Assembly: GCA_018241645.1 (NCBI GenBank)
Contig: JAFEDL010000017.1
Coordinates: forward strand, 33,057 to 97,056
DNA length: 64,000 nt
Origin: Pseudomonadota bacterium
Lineage (GTDB): Bacteria > Pseudomonadota > Gammaproteobacteria > Burkholderiales > SG8-39
Direction of reading: 5' to 3'
Below the pieces are notes generated by a model. The model was not told the DNA's origin. It saw only the letters and a list, made by a program, of their open reading frames with translations, and did not search any database. The translations under genes and the position numbers were made by a program. Below, in pieces: positions 18,994-30,682 of this stretch (positions are counted from its first letter, which is position 1; every line of letters begins with the position of its first letter).

Positions 18994-20493
18994 ATGAACG
19001 CCGCCGAACACCTGCTGGGCGCGGCCGCGCTTGAACGCCACGGCACGCGCACGGCTTTGCTCTGCGCCGGCGAAGCCGTCGGGTACGCGGCGCTCGCCGC
19101 CGAAGTGCGGCGCGCGGCGGGGGCCTGGCTCCGTCTGGGTGCGCACCGGGGCGACCGGGTCCTGATCCTCCTTCGCGACACGCCTGAATTCGCCGCGGCA
19201 TGGCTGGGCGCGCTCTACTGCGGGGCCGTGGCGATCGCCGTAAACGGCAAGACGGCGAACGAGGACCTGCGCCACATGTTCGAGGACAGCGCGGGAAGGT
19301 TGTTCCTGGCGGAAGCCGAAAGCTTCCCGGGCGTGTCAGGGTTCGCGGGCGACCGGGCCGTGGAACTTGGGCGATGGCGCGATGCGCTGCGTTCGGCAGA
19401 TCCAAAGCCCCAGCCTGCCGACATGGCGCCGCACGATCCGGCCTTCTGGCTGTTTTCCTCGGGCACGACCGGCCGGCCCAAGGGCATTGTGCATTCGCAC
19501 AAGGACGTGCTTCCCGCAGGGAGCGGAATGCGCCAGGTGCTTGGCCTGTCCGCGGGCGACACCGTCTTCGGCACCTCCAAGCTGTTCTTCGCCTACGGCC
19601 TCGAGCATGCGCTGCTCGGCCCGCTTGCGCTGGGTGCCGCATCGATCCTGCATCCGGATTCCGTCGAGGCAGCCCAGGCCGCGGGGATCGTCGCGCGCCA
19701 CCGGCCTGCAGCGTTCTTCTCCGTGCCGTCGTTCTATCGCCGCTTGCTCGCGCTGCCGGCCGAGGCGCTTGCGCCCTTTCGCGCGGTCCGCCACTTCGTG
19801 GCGGCAGGCGAGCGGCTGCCGGCACAGGTGCTGGACAAGTGGGCGGAAGCCACGGGCTGCGAAATCCTCTCCCTGTACGGGATGTCGGAAACGTTCTGCG
19901 CCGCAATGATGACGCCCCCGGGCACTTCGAACGCTGCGCGCACCGGCTTGCCGCTCGCCGGGGTGGATACCAGGCTGCTCGACGCGGCCGGCGCGGAAGT
20001 CGCCGCGGGCGAACCGGGCACCCTCTGGGTCCGGCACCCGTCGCTTGCGACCGGATACGCGAACCGGCCGGACGCGACACGGGAGCAGTTCGTGGACGGG
20101 TGGTTCTGCACCAAGGACATTTTCGTCCGCGACTCGGACGGATACTTTTCGCACCAGGGGCGCGGAGATGATTTCATCAAGGTAGCGGGGCAATGGGTCC
20201 AGCCGGGAGAACTCGAGGAGGCCGCGCTTTCGGATCCCATGATCGCCGAAGCCGCCTGCGTCCGGGTGAACGACGCCGACGGTTTCGAGCGCCTCGCGCT
20301 GTTCGTGACCTCGGGGGCCGCGCCCGAGACCGCGATCCCGGCCGCGACGCGGGCTTGCGAACTCGGCCTGCCCCGCCACAAACGGCCGAAATGGGTCCGG
20401 ATGGTGGCGGAACTGCCGCGCACCGCCACCGGCAAGCTGCAACGGTACCGGCTGCGCGAACTGCTCGAGCGCGAACTGGCCGGAAAAGACTAG
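18994..20493 (+). CDS. AMP-dependent acyl-CoA ligase (benzoate/hydroxybenzoate-CoA ligase-like)
   Basis: 499 aa with AMP-binding motif FSSGTTGRPKGIVHSH and a C-terminal PRTATGKLQRYRLRE motif. The N-terminus resembles aromatic-acid CoA ligases. Confidence 0.8.
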   Translation: MNAAEHLLGAAALERHGTRTALLCAGEAVGYAALAAEVRRAAGAWLRLGAHRGDRVLILLRDTPEFAAAWLGALYCGAVAIAVNGKTANEDLRHMFEDSAGRLFLAEAESFPGVSGFAGDRAVELGRWRDALRSADPKPQPADMAPHDPAFWLFSSGTTGRPKGIVHSHKDVLPAGSGMRQVLGLSAGDTVFGTSKLFFAYGLEHALLGPLALGAASILHPDSVEAAQAAGIVARHRPAAFFSVPSFYRRLLALPAEALAPFRAVRHFVAAGERLPAQVLDKWAEATGCEILSLYGMSETFCAAMMTPPGTSNAARTGLPLAGVDTRLLDAAGAEVAAGEPGTLWVRHPSLATGYANRPDATREQFVDGWFCTKDIFVRDSDGYFSHQGRGDDFIKVAGQWVQPGELEEAALSDPMIAEAACVRVNDADGFERLALFVTSGAAPETAIPAATRACELGLPRHKRPKWVRMVAELPRTATGKLQRYRLRELLERELAGKD

Positions 20494-20532
20494 AATTTCC
20501 CCCCTTTCGACTTCACCCACGACGAGACCATC

Positions 20533-21225
20533 ATGGCCTACGTAATCCCCCTCTGGACGCCCCCCGCCCTCCCGATCGCCGGTTCGGGGGACACCTTCCC
20601 CGTGCGGCGCATCTTCTGCGTCGGGCGCAACTACGTGGAGCACCAGAAGGAGATGGGCGGCGACGGGCGCGAGCAGCCGTTCTTCTTCATCAAGTCCGAG
20701 TTCTCGCTGGTCCCCAATGGCGGCGACGTGCATTACCCCGCCAAGACCACCAACTACCACTACGAGACCGAAATGGTCGTCGCAATCGGCAAGGGCGGCC
20801 GCAGGATCCAGGCCAAGGACGCGACGAGCCACATCTTCGGCTATGGCGTGGGCCTCGACATGACGCGCCGCGACCTGCAGCAGCTGGGCAAGGACAAGGG
20901 CCGGCCCTGGGATTTCGGCAAGAATTTCGATGAAGCCGCGCCGTGCGCGGCGCTGACGCCCGCCGCCAAGGTCGGCCACCCGTCAAAGGGAACCCTGTCG
21001 CTGGCGGTGAACGGCAAGGAGCGCCAGAAGGCCGACCTGTCGGACATGATCTGGTCGGTGCCCGAGCAGATCGAATACCTGTCGCAGTACTACACGCTCG
21101 AGCCGGGCGACATCATCATGTCGGGCACGCCCGCCGGCGTCGGTCCGGTGCAGCCGGGCGACGAGCTTGTTGCGCACATCGACGGCCTCACCGACCTGCG
21201 CGTGAAGATAGTCCCGGCCCTCTGA
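20533..21225 (+). CDS. Fumarylacetoacetate hydrolase (FAH) family protein (fumarylpyruvate-hydrolase-sized)
   Basis: 230 aa with the FAH-family core FCVGRNYVEHQKEMG...PFFFIKS...YETEMVVAIGKGG...IMSGTPAGVG. Confidence 0.8.
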   Translation: MAYVIPLWTPPALPIAGSGDTFPVRRIFCVGRNYVEHQKEMGGDGREQPFFFIKSEFSLVPNGGDVHYPAKTTNYHYETEMVVAIGKGGRRIQAKDATSHIFGYGVGLDMTRRDLQQLGKDKGRPWDFGKNFDEAAPCAALTPAAKVGHPSKGTLSLAVNGKERQKADLSDMIWSVPEQIEYLSQYYTLEPGDIIMSGTPAGVGPVQPGDELVAHIDGLTDLRVKIVPAL

Positions 21226-21236
21226 GCCCGCCGGCG

Positions 21237-21875
21237 ATGCGGCTCTACACGTACTTCCGCAGCTCGGCTGCATTCCGGGTCAGGATCGCCCTCAACCTCA
21301 AGGGCCAGCCCTACGAGTCGAGCGCGATATCGCTCCCCAAGGGCGCGCACCGCAAGGACGACTTCGGCGCGATCAATGCGCAAAGGCTGGTGCCGGCCCT
21401 GGCCGATGACGGGCACCTGCTCACGCAGTCCCTTGCGATCATGGAATACCTTGAAGAGAAGCAGCCCGTTCCGCCGCTGCTTCCCAAGGACCTGCTCGGA
21501 CGGGCGCGGGTGCGGTCGCTGGCGCAGCTGATTGCCTGCGAGATCCACCCGCTCAACAACCTGCGCGTGCTGCAGCACCTCAAGCGCGGCCTGGGTCAGG
21601 ACGAGGCGGGGATCAACGCCTGGTACCGCCACTGGGTGGCGGACGGCCTGGCCAAATTCGAGGCGGACCTGACCCAAACCGCAGGCACCGGGACCTTCTG
21701 CCACGGGGAAACGCCGGGCATGGCGGACTGCTGCCTGGTGCCGCAGATCTTCAACGCCAAGCGCTACGAATGCGACCTTGCGCCCTATCCGGTGACCATG
21801 CGGGTATTCGAGGCATGCATGAAGCTCGACGCGTTCGACCGCGCGCAGCCGATGAAGCAGCCGGATGCCGAGTAG
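21237..21875 (+). CDS. maiA: Maleylacetoacetate/maleylpyruvate isomerase (GST zeta class)
   Basis: Track ORF 20943-21875 trimmed to ATG 21237. MRLYTYFRSSAAFRVRIALNLKG...QRLVPAL...LTQSLAIMEYLEE matches the zeta-class GST pattern. Confidence 0.8.
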   Translation: MRLYTYFRSSAAFRVRIALNLKGQPYESSAISLPKGAHRKDDFGAINAQRLVPALADDGHLLTQSLAIMEYLEEKQPVPPLLPKDLLGRARVRSLAQLIACEIHPLNNLRVLQHLKRGLGQDEAGINAWYRHWVADGLAKFEADLTQTAGTGTFCHGETPGMADCCLVPQIFNAKRYECDLAPYPVTMRVFEACMKLDAFDRAQPMKQPDAE

Positions 21876-21883
21876 CGCCCGGA

Positions 21884-23203
21884 TCAGAGCGCGGCAAGTT
21901 CCTCTTCGAGGACCGGCGCAAGCTCGCTGACCACCGCCTCGGCGGAAAATACCGCGTCGAGCGGCAGTTCGGGGCGGGCCGCGGAGACGACCTCCATCAA
22001 GGTGCGGCTTTCGGCCGCCGCCTGGGTGCACCAGTCATCCACCTGGGACATCGCAGCCGCGCGATCCGTATCCTTCATCAGCAGGCGCGACAGGCGCTCG
22101 GAATAAACCAGCCCCTGCAGCGCATCGAGGTTCTGCCGCATCCGGGCCGGGTTGACCACCAGTCCGCCGGCAATGCGCTCGATCGCGTCCAGCGACGCGC
22201 CGGCCGTTTCCATCAGCTCGGGCAGCGTAGCCAGTTCGGCCTGCCAGCCACCGATGGCCCGCTCGTGTTCCTGGGCCGAGCCGTGGAGCAGCGTCGCCAT
22301 GAGGCCGGGTGCGCGGGTGGCGGCCGCAATGGCCTGCATGCACGCGACCGGGTTTCTCTTGTGCGGCATCGCGCTCGATCCGCCCACGCCCTTCTTCGGC
22401 GCCGATTCGAGCATTTCCCCGACTTCCGGCTGCGACATCAGGGCCACGTCCCGCGCAATCTTGCCGACTGTCGCGACCAGGATCGCAAGCGCTGAGGCAA
22501 AGGACAACATTTCATCGCGATGGCTGTGCCAGGAGCGCGCATCCGCGATCCCGAGGCGCCGGGCCACGCCGCCGCGCACCGCCGCTCGGGCGGTGCCGAG
22601 AGCATCCAGCGTCCCGACCGGGCCGCCCAGCTGAACGCAGAGCGCGCGGTTTGCGGCGTCGGCAATCCGCGCGCGGCATCGGCTCAGGGATGCCGCCCAG
22701 CGGGCGATCTTGATCCCGGCGGTGATCGGCGTCGCGGGCTGCATCATCGTGCGGCCGAGCATCACTGCGGACGCGTTGCGACGCGCGTGATCGGCCAGCT
22801 GCGCGACCGCTTCGCCCAGCACGCGGTCGATTTCGGCGACACACGGCTGCATGCACAAGACCAGCGCCGTATCCAGCACGTCCTGGCTAGTCGAACCATA
22901 GTGGACGAACGACGCGGCTTTCGCGTCCCCGCCGCGCACGTGTTCGGTCAATCCCTTCACCACCGGGATCGCCAGGGCCCCGGCCGATTTTCCGTCCGCG
23001 GCGAGTTTCGCGAAGGAGAACTTCACGCTGCCGCATGCCGCCTCGATGGCCTTCGCCGCCCGGGCGGGTATGACTCCCGCCTCCGCCTGGCTCAGCGCGA
23101 GCGCGCTTTCGAACGCCAGCATTGCGCGCACGAGCGCTTCCTCGCCGAGGGCCTCGGTGAACGAGGCCCTGGAAAGGGTGCGCGCGAGCAGGTTGCCGGA
23201 CAC
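21884..23203 (-). CDS. pcaB: 3-carboxy-cis,cis-muconate cycloisomerase
   Basis: Track ORF 21884-23356 trimmed to GTG 23203, 7 nt after the pcaG stop. It is a fumarate-lyase-superfamily protein with the GSSAMPHKRNP signature, directly downstream of pcaHG. Confidence 0.8.
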   Translation of the reverse strand: MSGNLLARTLSRASFTEALGEEALVRAMLAFESALALSQAEAGVIPARAAKAIEAACGSVKFSFAKLAADGKSAGALAIPVVKGLTEHVRGGDAKAASFVHYGSTSQDVLDTALVLCMQPCVAEIDRVLGEAVAQLADHARRNASAVMLGRTMMQPATPITAGIKIARWAASLSRCRARIADAANRALCVQLGGPVGTLDALGTARAAVRGGVARRLGIADARSWHSHRDEMLSFASALAILVATVGKIARDVALMSQPEVGEMLESAPKKGVGGSSAMPHKRNPVACMQAIAAATRAPGLMATLLHGSAQEHERAIGGWQAELATLPELMETAGASLDAIERIAGGLVVNPARMRQNLDALQGLVYSERLSRLLMKDTDRAAAMSQVDDWCTQAAAESRTLMEVVSAARPELPLDAVFSAEAVVSELAPVLEEELAAL

Positions 23204-23210
23204 GCCGGCG

Positions 23211-23753
23211 CTAGAAGTCGATGAAGGCGGTTTCGTCCTTGCCCTGCAACCGGACGTCCCAGCGCCAGACGCTCCGGTCCTTGGCATCCTGCGACGCGAT
23301 GAGCGTCCCGGCCCGCGCACCGGCAGCGCGGGCGAGGGGGTCATCCCGCGTCGCATCTGCCGCAGCGAGGAATACCCGCGTGCGCACCGCCTTGAGCAGG
23401 CCGCGCGCGAAGATCGTCACATTGATCTGCGGCGCATACTTCTCACCGCCGGCGCCCGTGCAGGCCCCGGGCATCAGCGTCTCGATCGTGTAGCGCCCGT
23501 CGCTTCCAGTCATCGCGCGGCTGTAGCCATAGGCACGCACTGCCGCTCCGGCGCCCGGGACCTTGCCGGAAGGATCGGCCTGCCAGGTTTCGACCAGCGC
23601 GTCGGCGATCGCCGTGCCCCCACCGTCGTAAACGCAGCCCGTGAGCACGACCCGCTCGCCGGTGCCGGCAAATTGAACCTTCTCGCCGTCTTCCCACTTG
23701 AGTCCCACGTGGAAGAACGGCCCGATGGTCTGTGATGGCGTCCTGTTGCCCAT
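23211..23753 (-). CDS. pcaG: Protocatechuate 3,4-dioxygenase alpha subunit
   Basis: Track ORF 23211-24167 trimmed to ATG 23753 (MGNRTPSQTIGPFFHVGLKW...). Intradiol dioxygenase alpha-chain pattern. It starts 2 nt after the pcaH stop. Confidence 0.85.
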   Translation of the reverse strand: MGNRTPSQTIGPFFHVGLKWEDGEKVQFAGTGERVVLTGCVYDGGGTAIADALVETWQADPSGKVPGAGAAVRAYGYSRAMTGSDGRYTIETLMPGACTGAGGEKYAPQINVTIFARGLLKAVRTRVFLAAADATRDDPLARAAGARAGTLIASQDAKDRSVWRWDVRLQGKDETAFIDF

Positions 23754-23755
23754 GG

Positions 23756-24445
23756 TCAGACTCCCGTCGGGGTCGACTTCGCCCCGCGCAGCACGATGTC
23801 GAAGCGGTACCCGAGCGCCTCCTCCTCGATGCCCTGCTCGAGGTCGAGCTTGCAGACCATGCGCTGGCGCGCTTCCGGGTCGGGTACGCTGTTGAAGATC
23901 GGGTCGATGGGCAGCAGCGGGTCGGCCGGGAAGAACATCTGCGTGATGATCCGCTGCGCATACGCATTGCCGAACAGCGACAAATGGATATGTGCCGGAC
24001 GCCAGGCCCAGGGATGGTTGCGCCAGGGGTAGGCGCCGGGCTTGATCGTGACGAAACGGTATTCGCCGTTGTCGCCCGTGAGCACCTTTCCCTGGCCGAG
24101 GAAATTCGGGTCCAGTGGCGCATTGTGCTGGTCCACCGGGTGCGCGTAGCGGCCGGAGGCATTGCACTGCCAGAGTTCGAGCAGCGAGTTGCGCACCGGC
24201 TTGCCGTCCTCGTCGAGCACACGGCCGACCAGGATCATCTTCTCGCCCAGCGGCGCGCTCTTGCCCCAGGTCGTGAGGTCGGCCTCGGACTCTTTCGCAA
24301 AGCTGCGGCTGAACGCGGGGCCGGCGATTTCGAGCGGATGGGGCGCAACGCGAATCAGCGGCTGCTTGGGCGCGCGCAGCGCGGTGCTCTTGTACCCGGG
24401 AAAATCGTATGGCGGATCGATTTCTATGGCGTCCCTTGCGGACAT
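23756..24445 (-). CDS. pcaH: Protocatechuate 3,4-dioxygenase beta subunit
   Basis: 229 aa containing the intradiol dioxygenase core LELWQCNASGRYAHPVD...YRFVTIKPGAYPWRNHPWAWRPAHIHLSLFG. Confidence 0.9.
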   Translation of the reverse strand: MSARDAIEIDPPYDFPGYKSTALRAPKQPLIRVAPHPLEIAGPAFSRSFAKESEADLTTWGKSAPLGEKMILVGRVLDEDGKPVRNSLLELWQCNASGRYAHPVDQHNAPLDPNFLGQGKVLTGDNGEYRFVTIKPGAYPWRNHPWAWRPAHIHLSLFGNAYAQRIITQMFFPADPLLPIDPIFNSVPDPEARQRMVCKLDLEQGIEEEALGYRFDIVLRGAKSTPTGV

Positions 24446-24472
24446 CGTGTTTCTCCTATCTGCAAATGCGAA

Positions 24473-24916
24473 TTAATTCGTTCTGAACAGGGCCTTCAGC
24501 TCGTCACCGATTATCTCGCCTTTCATGGGCGAGCCGGGGCCTTCGACATGGCGGCTCCAGACGCGCGTTTCCGCGCCCTTGGCCAACAGCATGCCGTCCG
24601 ACCTCACCACCTCATGGGCGACGACAAACGACTTGCCCCCGAACCGGGTGATCCTGGAGCGCACCTCGCACCGGTCCGCCTGCTCGGCGGGATGCATGAA
24701 CTGGCTCTCTGCGCCGACCAGCGGCATCGCCCGCCCCTCTGCGCGCAGGCGCTTGGCCGTGTAACCGACGGAGGCGAAGAGCGCCCAGCTTGCGGAGTCG
24801 AACCAGCGGAAGTAGGTGGGATAGAAGATGATCCCGGCGGGGTCGCAATCGCCCCACTGCACCTCGCACGCAAAGCGGCCGGTGATCGACGGGAATTCGT
24901 TTTCTGCGGTTGGCAT
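24473..24916 (-). CDS. Hotdog-fold acyl-CoA thioesterase (4-hydroxybenzoyl-CoA thioesterase / YbgC-FadM type)
   Basis: Track ORF 24473-25798 trimmed to ATG 24916. MPTAENEFPSITGRFACEVQWGDCDPAGIIFYPTYFRWFDSASWALF shows the 4HBT-type catalytic Asp context. Confidence 0.8.
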   Translation of the reverse strand: MPTAENEFPSITGRFACEVQWGDCDPAGIIFYPTYFRWFDSASWALFASVGYTAKRLRAEGRAMPLVGAESQFMHPAEQADRCEVRSRITRFGGKSFVVAHEVVRSDGMLLAKGAETRVWSRHVEGPGSPMKGEIIGDELKALFRTN

Positions 24917-24948
24917 GAATGGATGATGATGCGCCGGTTCCAAGCGCG

Positions 24949-26241
24949 TCAAGCCGACTGTTTCGCATGCGTTTCGCGCGCAAAGCCGAACGCGGCGAGA
25001 CCGGCAACGAGCCACACGAGCATCAGGGTGAACCCGCCTGCATAGGCGGAAAAGCCGTACGCGCGCACGTCCCCGGCCATGGTCCCGTCCCAGCCGAGGT
25101 CGAGCAGCCAGCCGATCAGCGGCTGCATCGCCATGCCGCCCAGCATGTTGCCCATGTTCGCGACGCCTGACGCGGTCCCGGCGAGCGCGGCGGGGGCCGA
25201 CTCCTTGCAGAACGCGAATCCGATGACCACCACGCCCGATGCAAGGCCGAGCCCGATCATCAGTGCCACCAGCAGCCAGTACGGCAGCCCCGGCAGGTAG
25301 ATGAGCACCGCCCACAGCAGCACCGCAATGCTTCCACCGGCCAGGATCGGGAGCTTCCTGCGGTGCAGCCGGTCGGACAGCGCGCCTGCGATCGGGCTGC
25401 CGACGGCCCAGGCAACCAGCATCACCGATGTCACGAACGCCGCCTGCCCGGTGGACATGCCGTATTGGGAAACCAGGAACGGCACGCCCCACAGGCCGCC
25501 AAACGCCAGCATCGGGCCGGTGATTGCGCCGCAGCCGATGAAATTCAGCCACACGTTGCGATAGCGGAATACTTCGCGAATGCCGCCGAGCATCGAATGC
25601 CGAGGCCGGGCTCCCGGGTCGGCCGTCGAGAAGCTGAGATAGCCCCGCTCGCGGGGATCGTCGCGCACGAAGAGCCAGGTCACCACGGCCAGAACTGCCG
25701 TCACGACCGCAGCCGCCAGCATCACCCAGCGCCAGCCGAACGCGTCCACCGCCATGCGCAGCGGCACGCCGGCGGAGACCCCCCCGATGCTCCCGCACGC
25801 CAGCGCGAGTCCCGACACCAGCGCGAACCGGGAAGGCTGGATCCAGTGGGTTGCCAGTTTTAGCATGGCCACGAACGCGACCCCCACGCCCGCGCCGACG
25901 AACAGGCGCCCGGCCCCGACCAGCGCGTAACCGCCGGCCTGGGAAAAGACCAGCGTGCCCGCAGCGGCCAGCAGCCCGCCGGCTGCCAGCACCCGCCGCG
26001 GCCCCCAGTGGTCGACCAGCACGCCCGTCGGGATCTGGATGGCGACGTAGGTGTAGAAATACAGGGCCGACAGGTTGCCGAGCGCCATGGCCGAGAGCGC
26101 GAATTCAGCCATCAATTCGTGCGTGATGACGGCCGGGGCCACCCGCTGGAAGAACCCGATCAGGTACAGGCCGGCCCCGAGCCCCCAGACGGCCAGGGCA
26201 ACGCGTATCGGCGGGAAGTGCGCGGGATCGGATCGGGGCAT
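24949..26241 (-). CDS. MFS transporter
   Basis: Track ORF 24949-26418 trimmed to ATG 26241 (MPRSDPAHFPPIRVALAVWGLGAGLYLIGFFQRVAP...). About 12 predicted TM segments and an MFS-like loop motif LVDHWGPRRVL. Confidence 0.8.
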   Translation of the reverse strand: MPRSDPAHFPPIRVALAVWGLGAGLYLIGFFQRVAPAVITHELMAEFALSAMALGNLSALYFYTYVAIQIPTGVLVDHWGPRRVLAAGGLLAAAGTLVFSQAGGYALVGAGRLFVGAGVGVAFVAMLKLATHWIQPSRFALVSGLALACGSIGGVSAGVPLRMAVDAFGWRWVMLAAAVVTAVLAVVTWLFVRDDPRERGYLSFSTADPGARPRHSMLGGIREVFRYRNVWLNFIGCGAITGPMLAFGGLWGVPFLVSQYGMSTGQAAFVTSVMLVAWAVGSPIAGALSDRLHRRKLPILAGGSIAVLLWAVLIYLPGLPYWLLVALMIGLGLASGVVVIGFAFCKESAPAALAGTASGVANMGNMLGGMAMQPLIGWLLDLGWDGTMAGDVRAYGFSAYAGGFTLMLVWLVAGLAAFGFARETHAKQSA

Positions 26242-26295
26242 CGGGAATGTCCGCGAAGGTGGGCCGCGGCAGACATGCCCATTATACGTGCGCGG

Positions 26296-26325
26296 TTGAC
26301 ACGTCCCCGCGCCGGCGGGGACAAT
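26296..26325 (+). promoter_or_regulatory. Candidate sigma-70 promoter for the metH leader
   Basis: TTGACA (26296-26301), an 18-nt spacer, then GACAAT (26320-25). The -35 is perfect and the -10 matches 4 of 6. It lies in the divergent MFS/metH intergenic region. Confidence 0.35.
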
Positions 26326-26372
26326 GCCGCCTTGAGGAACGCGCTCCATCAACGCGTTGGCGCCGATTTGAG

Positions 26373-26468
26373 GTTCAGCTTGCGGGCGCCCGGCAAGACG
26401 CATTTGCCGGAAAAACAAATCCAGCTAAAGAGACGAGGGCCGCAACCCGTTTCTGGCGCAAGCTGAAC
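26373..26468 (+). promoter_or_regulatory. Long-range 12-bp helix (putative antiterminator) enclosing two small hairpins in the metH leader
   Basis: GTTCAGCTTGCG (26373-26384) is the perfect complement of CGCAAGCTGAAC (26457-26468). The enclosed hairpin CCGGCAA (26390-96)/TTGCCGG (26404-10) lies inside. The helix overlaps the terminator 3' arm. Confidence 0.45.
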
Positions 26469-26482
26469 GGGTTTTTTGTTTT
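26444..26482 (+). terminator. Terminator-like hairpin immediately upstream of the metH RBS
   Basis: AACCCGTT (26444-51) pairs with AACGGGTT (26466-73) across a 14-nt loop, followed by TTTTGTTTT. No plus-strand gene lies upstream for it to terminate. Confidence 0.5.
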
Positions 26483-26496
26483 CTGGAGTCCCTGTC

Positions 26497-30225
<3,729 letters not shown>

Positions 30226-30232
30226 CGGCGCC

Positions 30233-30616
30233 ATGCCCGGCAGCGCAAAACTGTTCCTCTCGGCCGGCTGCCTGCTTGCGCTCGCGGCCGTGGCGATCGG
30301 CGCGTTCGGGGCTCACGGCCTCAAATCCCGGCTGTCGCCCGAGATGCTCGCCGTGTACCAGACGGGGGTGCAGTACCATTTCTACCATTCCCTTGCGCTG
30401 GTGCTGGTGGGCCTCGCGTGCTTCCACATGCCGGACAGCGCGGCCCTGCGCGCCGCCGGGTGGCTGATGGCCGCGGGGGTGCTGCTCTTCTCGGGCAGCC
30501 TCTACGCGCTGGCCTTGAGCGGGGAAAAGTGGCTTGGCGCCGTGGCCCCGATCGGCGGCACGGCTTTCATCCTGGGCTGGGGCGCATTCGCCTGGGCGGT
30601 GCTGCGCGCACCCTGA
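30233..30616 (+). CDS. DUF423-family small membrane protein (YgdD-like)
   Basis: Track ORF 30092-30616 trimmed to ATG 30233. 127 aa with four TM segments and motif AIGAFGAHGLK...YQTGVQYHFYH. Confidence 0.75.
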   Translation: MPGSAKLFLSAGCLLALAAVAIGAFGAHGLKSRLSPEMLAVYQTGVQYHFYHSLALVLVGLACFHMPDSAALRAAGWLMAAGVLLFSGSLYALALSGEKWLGAVAPIGGTAFILGWGAFAWAVLRAP

Positions 30617-30634
30617 ATGTACTGATACCAGTAC

Positions 30635-30671
30635 AAAACTCCCTCCTTTGGCGCTCCTGGAGCGGAGTTTT
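30635..30671. terminator. Putative bidirectional terminator between convergent DUF423 and symporter genes
   Basis: AAAACTCC (30635-42) pairs with GGAGTTTT (30664-71), and an inner CTCC/GGAG extension is possible. A-tract and T-tract flanks fit termination in both directions. A separate small hairpin GTACTG-ATAC-CAGTAC lies at 30619-30634. Confidence 0.45.
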
Positions 30672-30682
30672 AAAATTAAAGT

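Noticed and set aside
26330-26365. Possible SAH riboswitch core (GAGGAACGCGCUCC ... CAACGCGUUGGCGCC) upstream of metH
   Set aside because: It superficially resembles the GAGGAGCGCUGC and AACGGCGCUC elements that I recall for the SAH riboswitch, a class that does occur upstream of metH. However, both elements carry insertions here, and the intervening P2 hairpin and the AGGCUC element are absent. It is not called as SAH. An Rfam covariance-model scan is needed to be sure.
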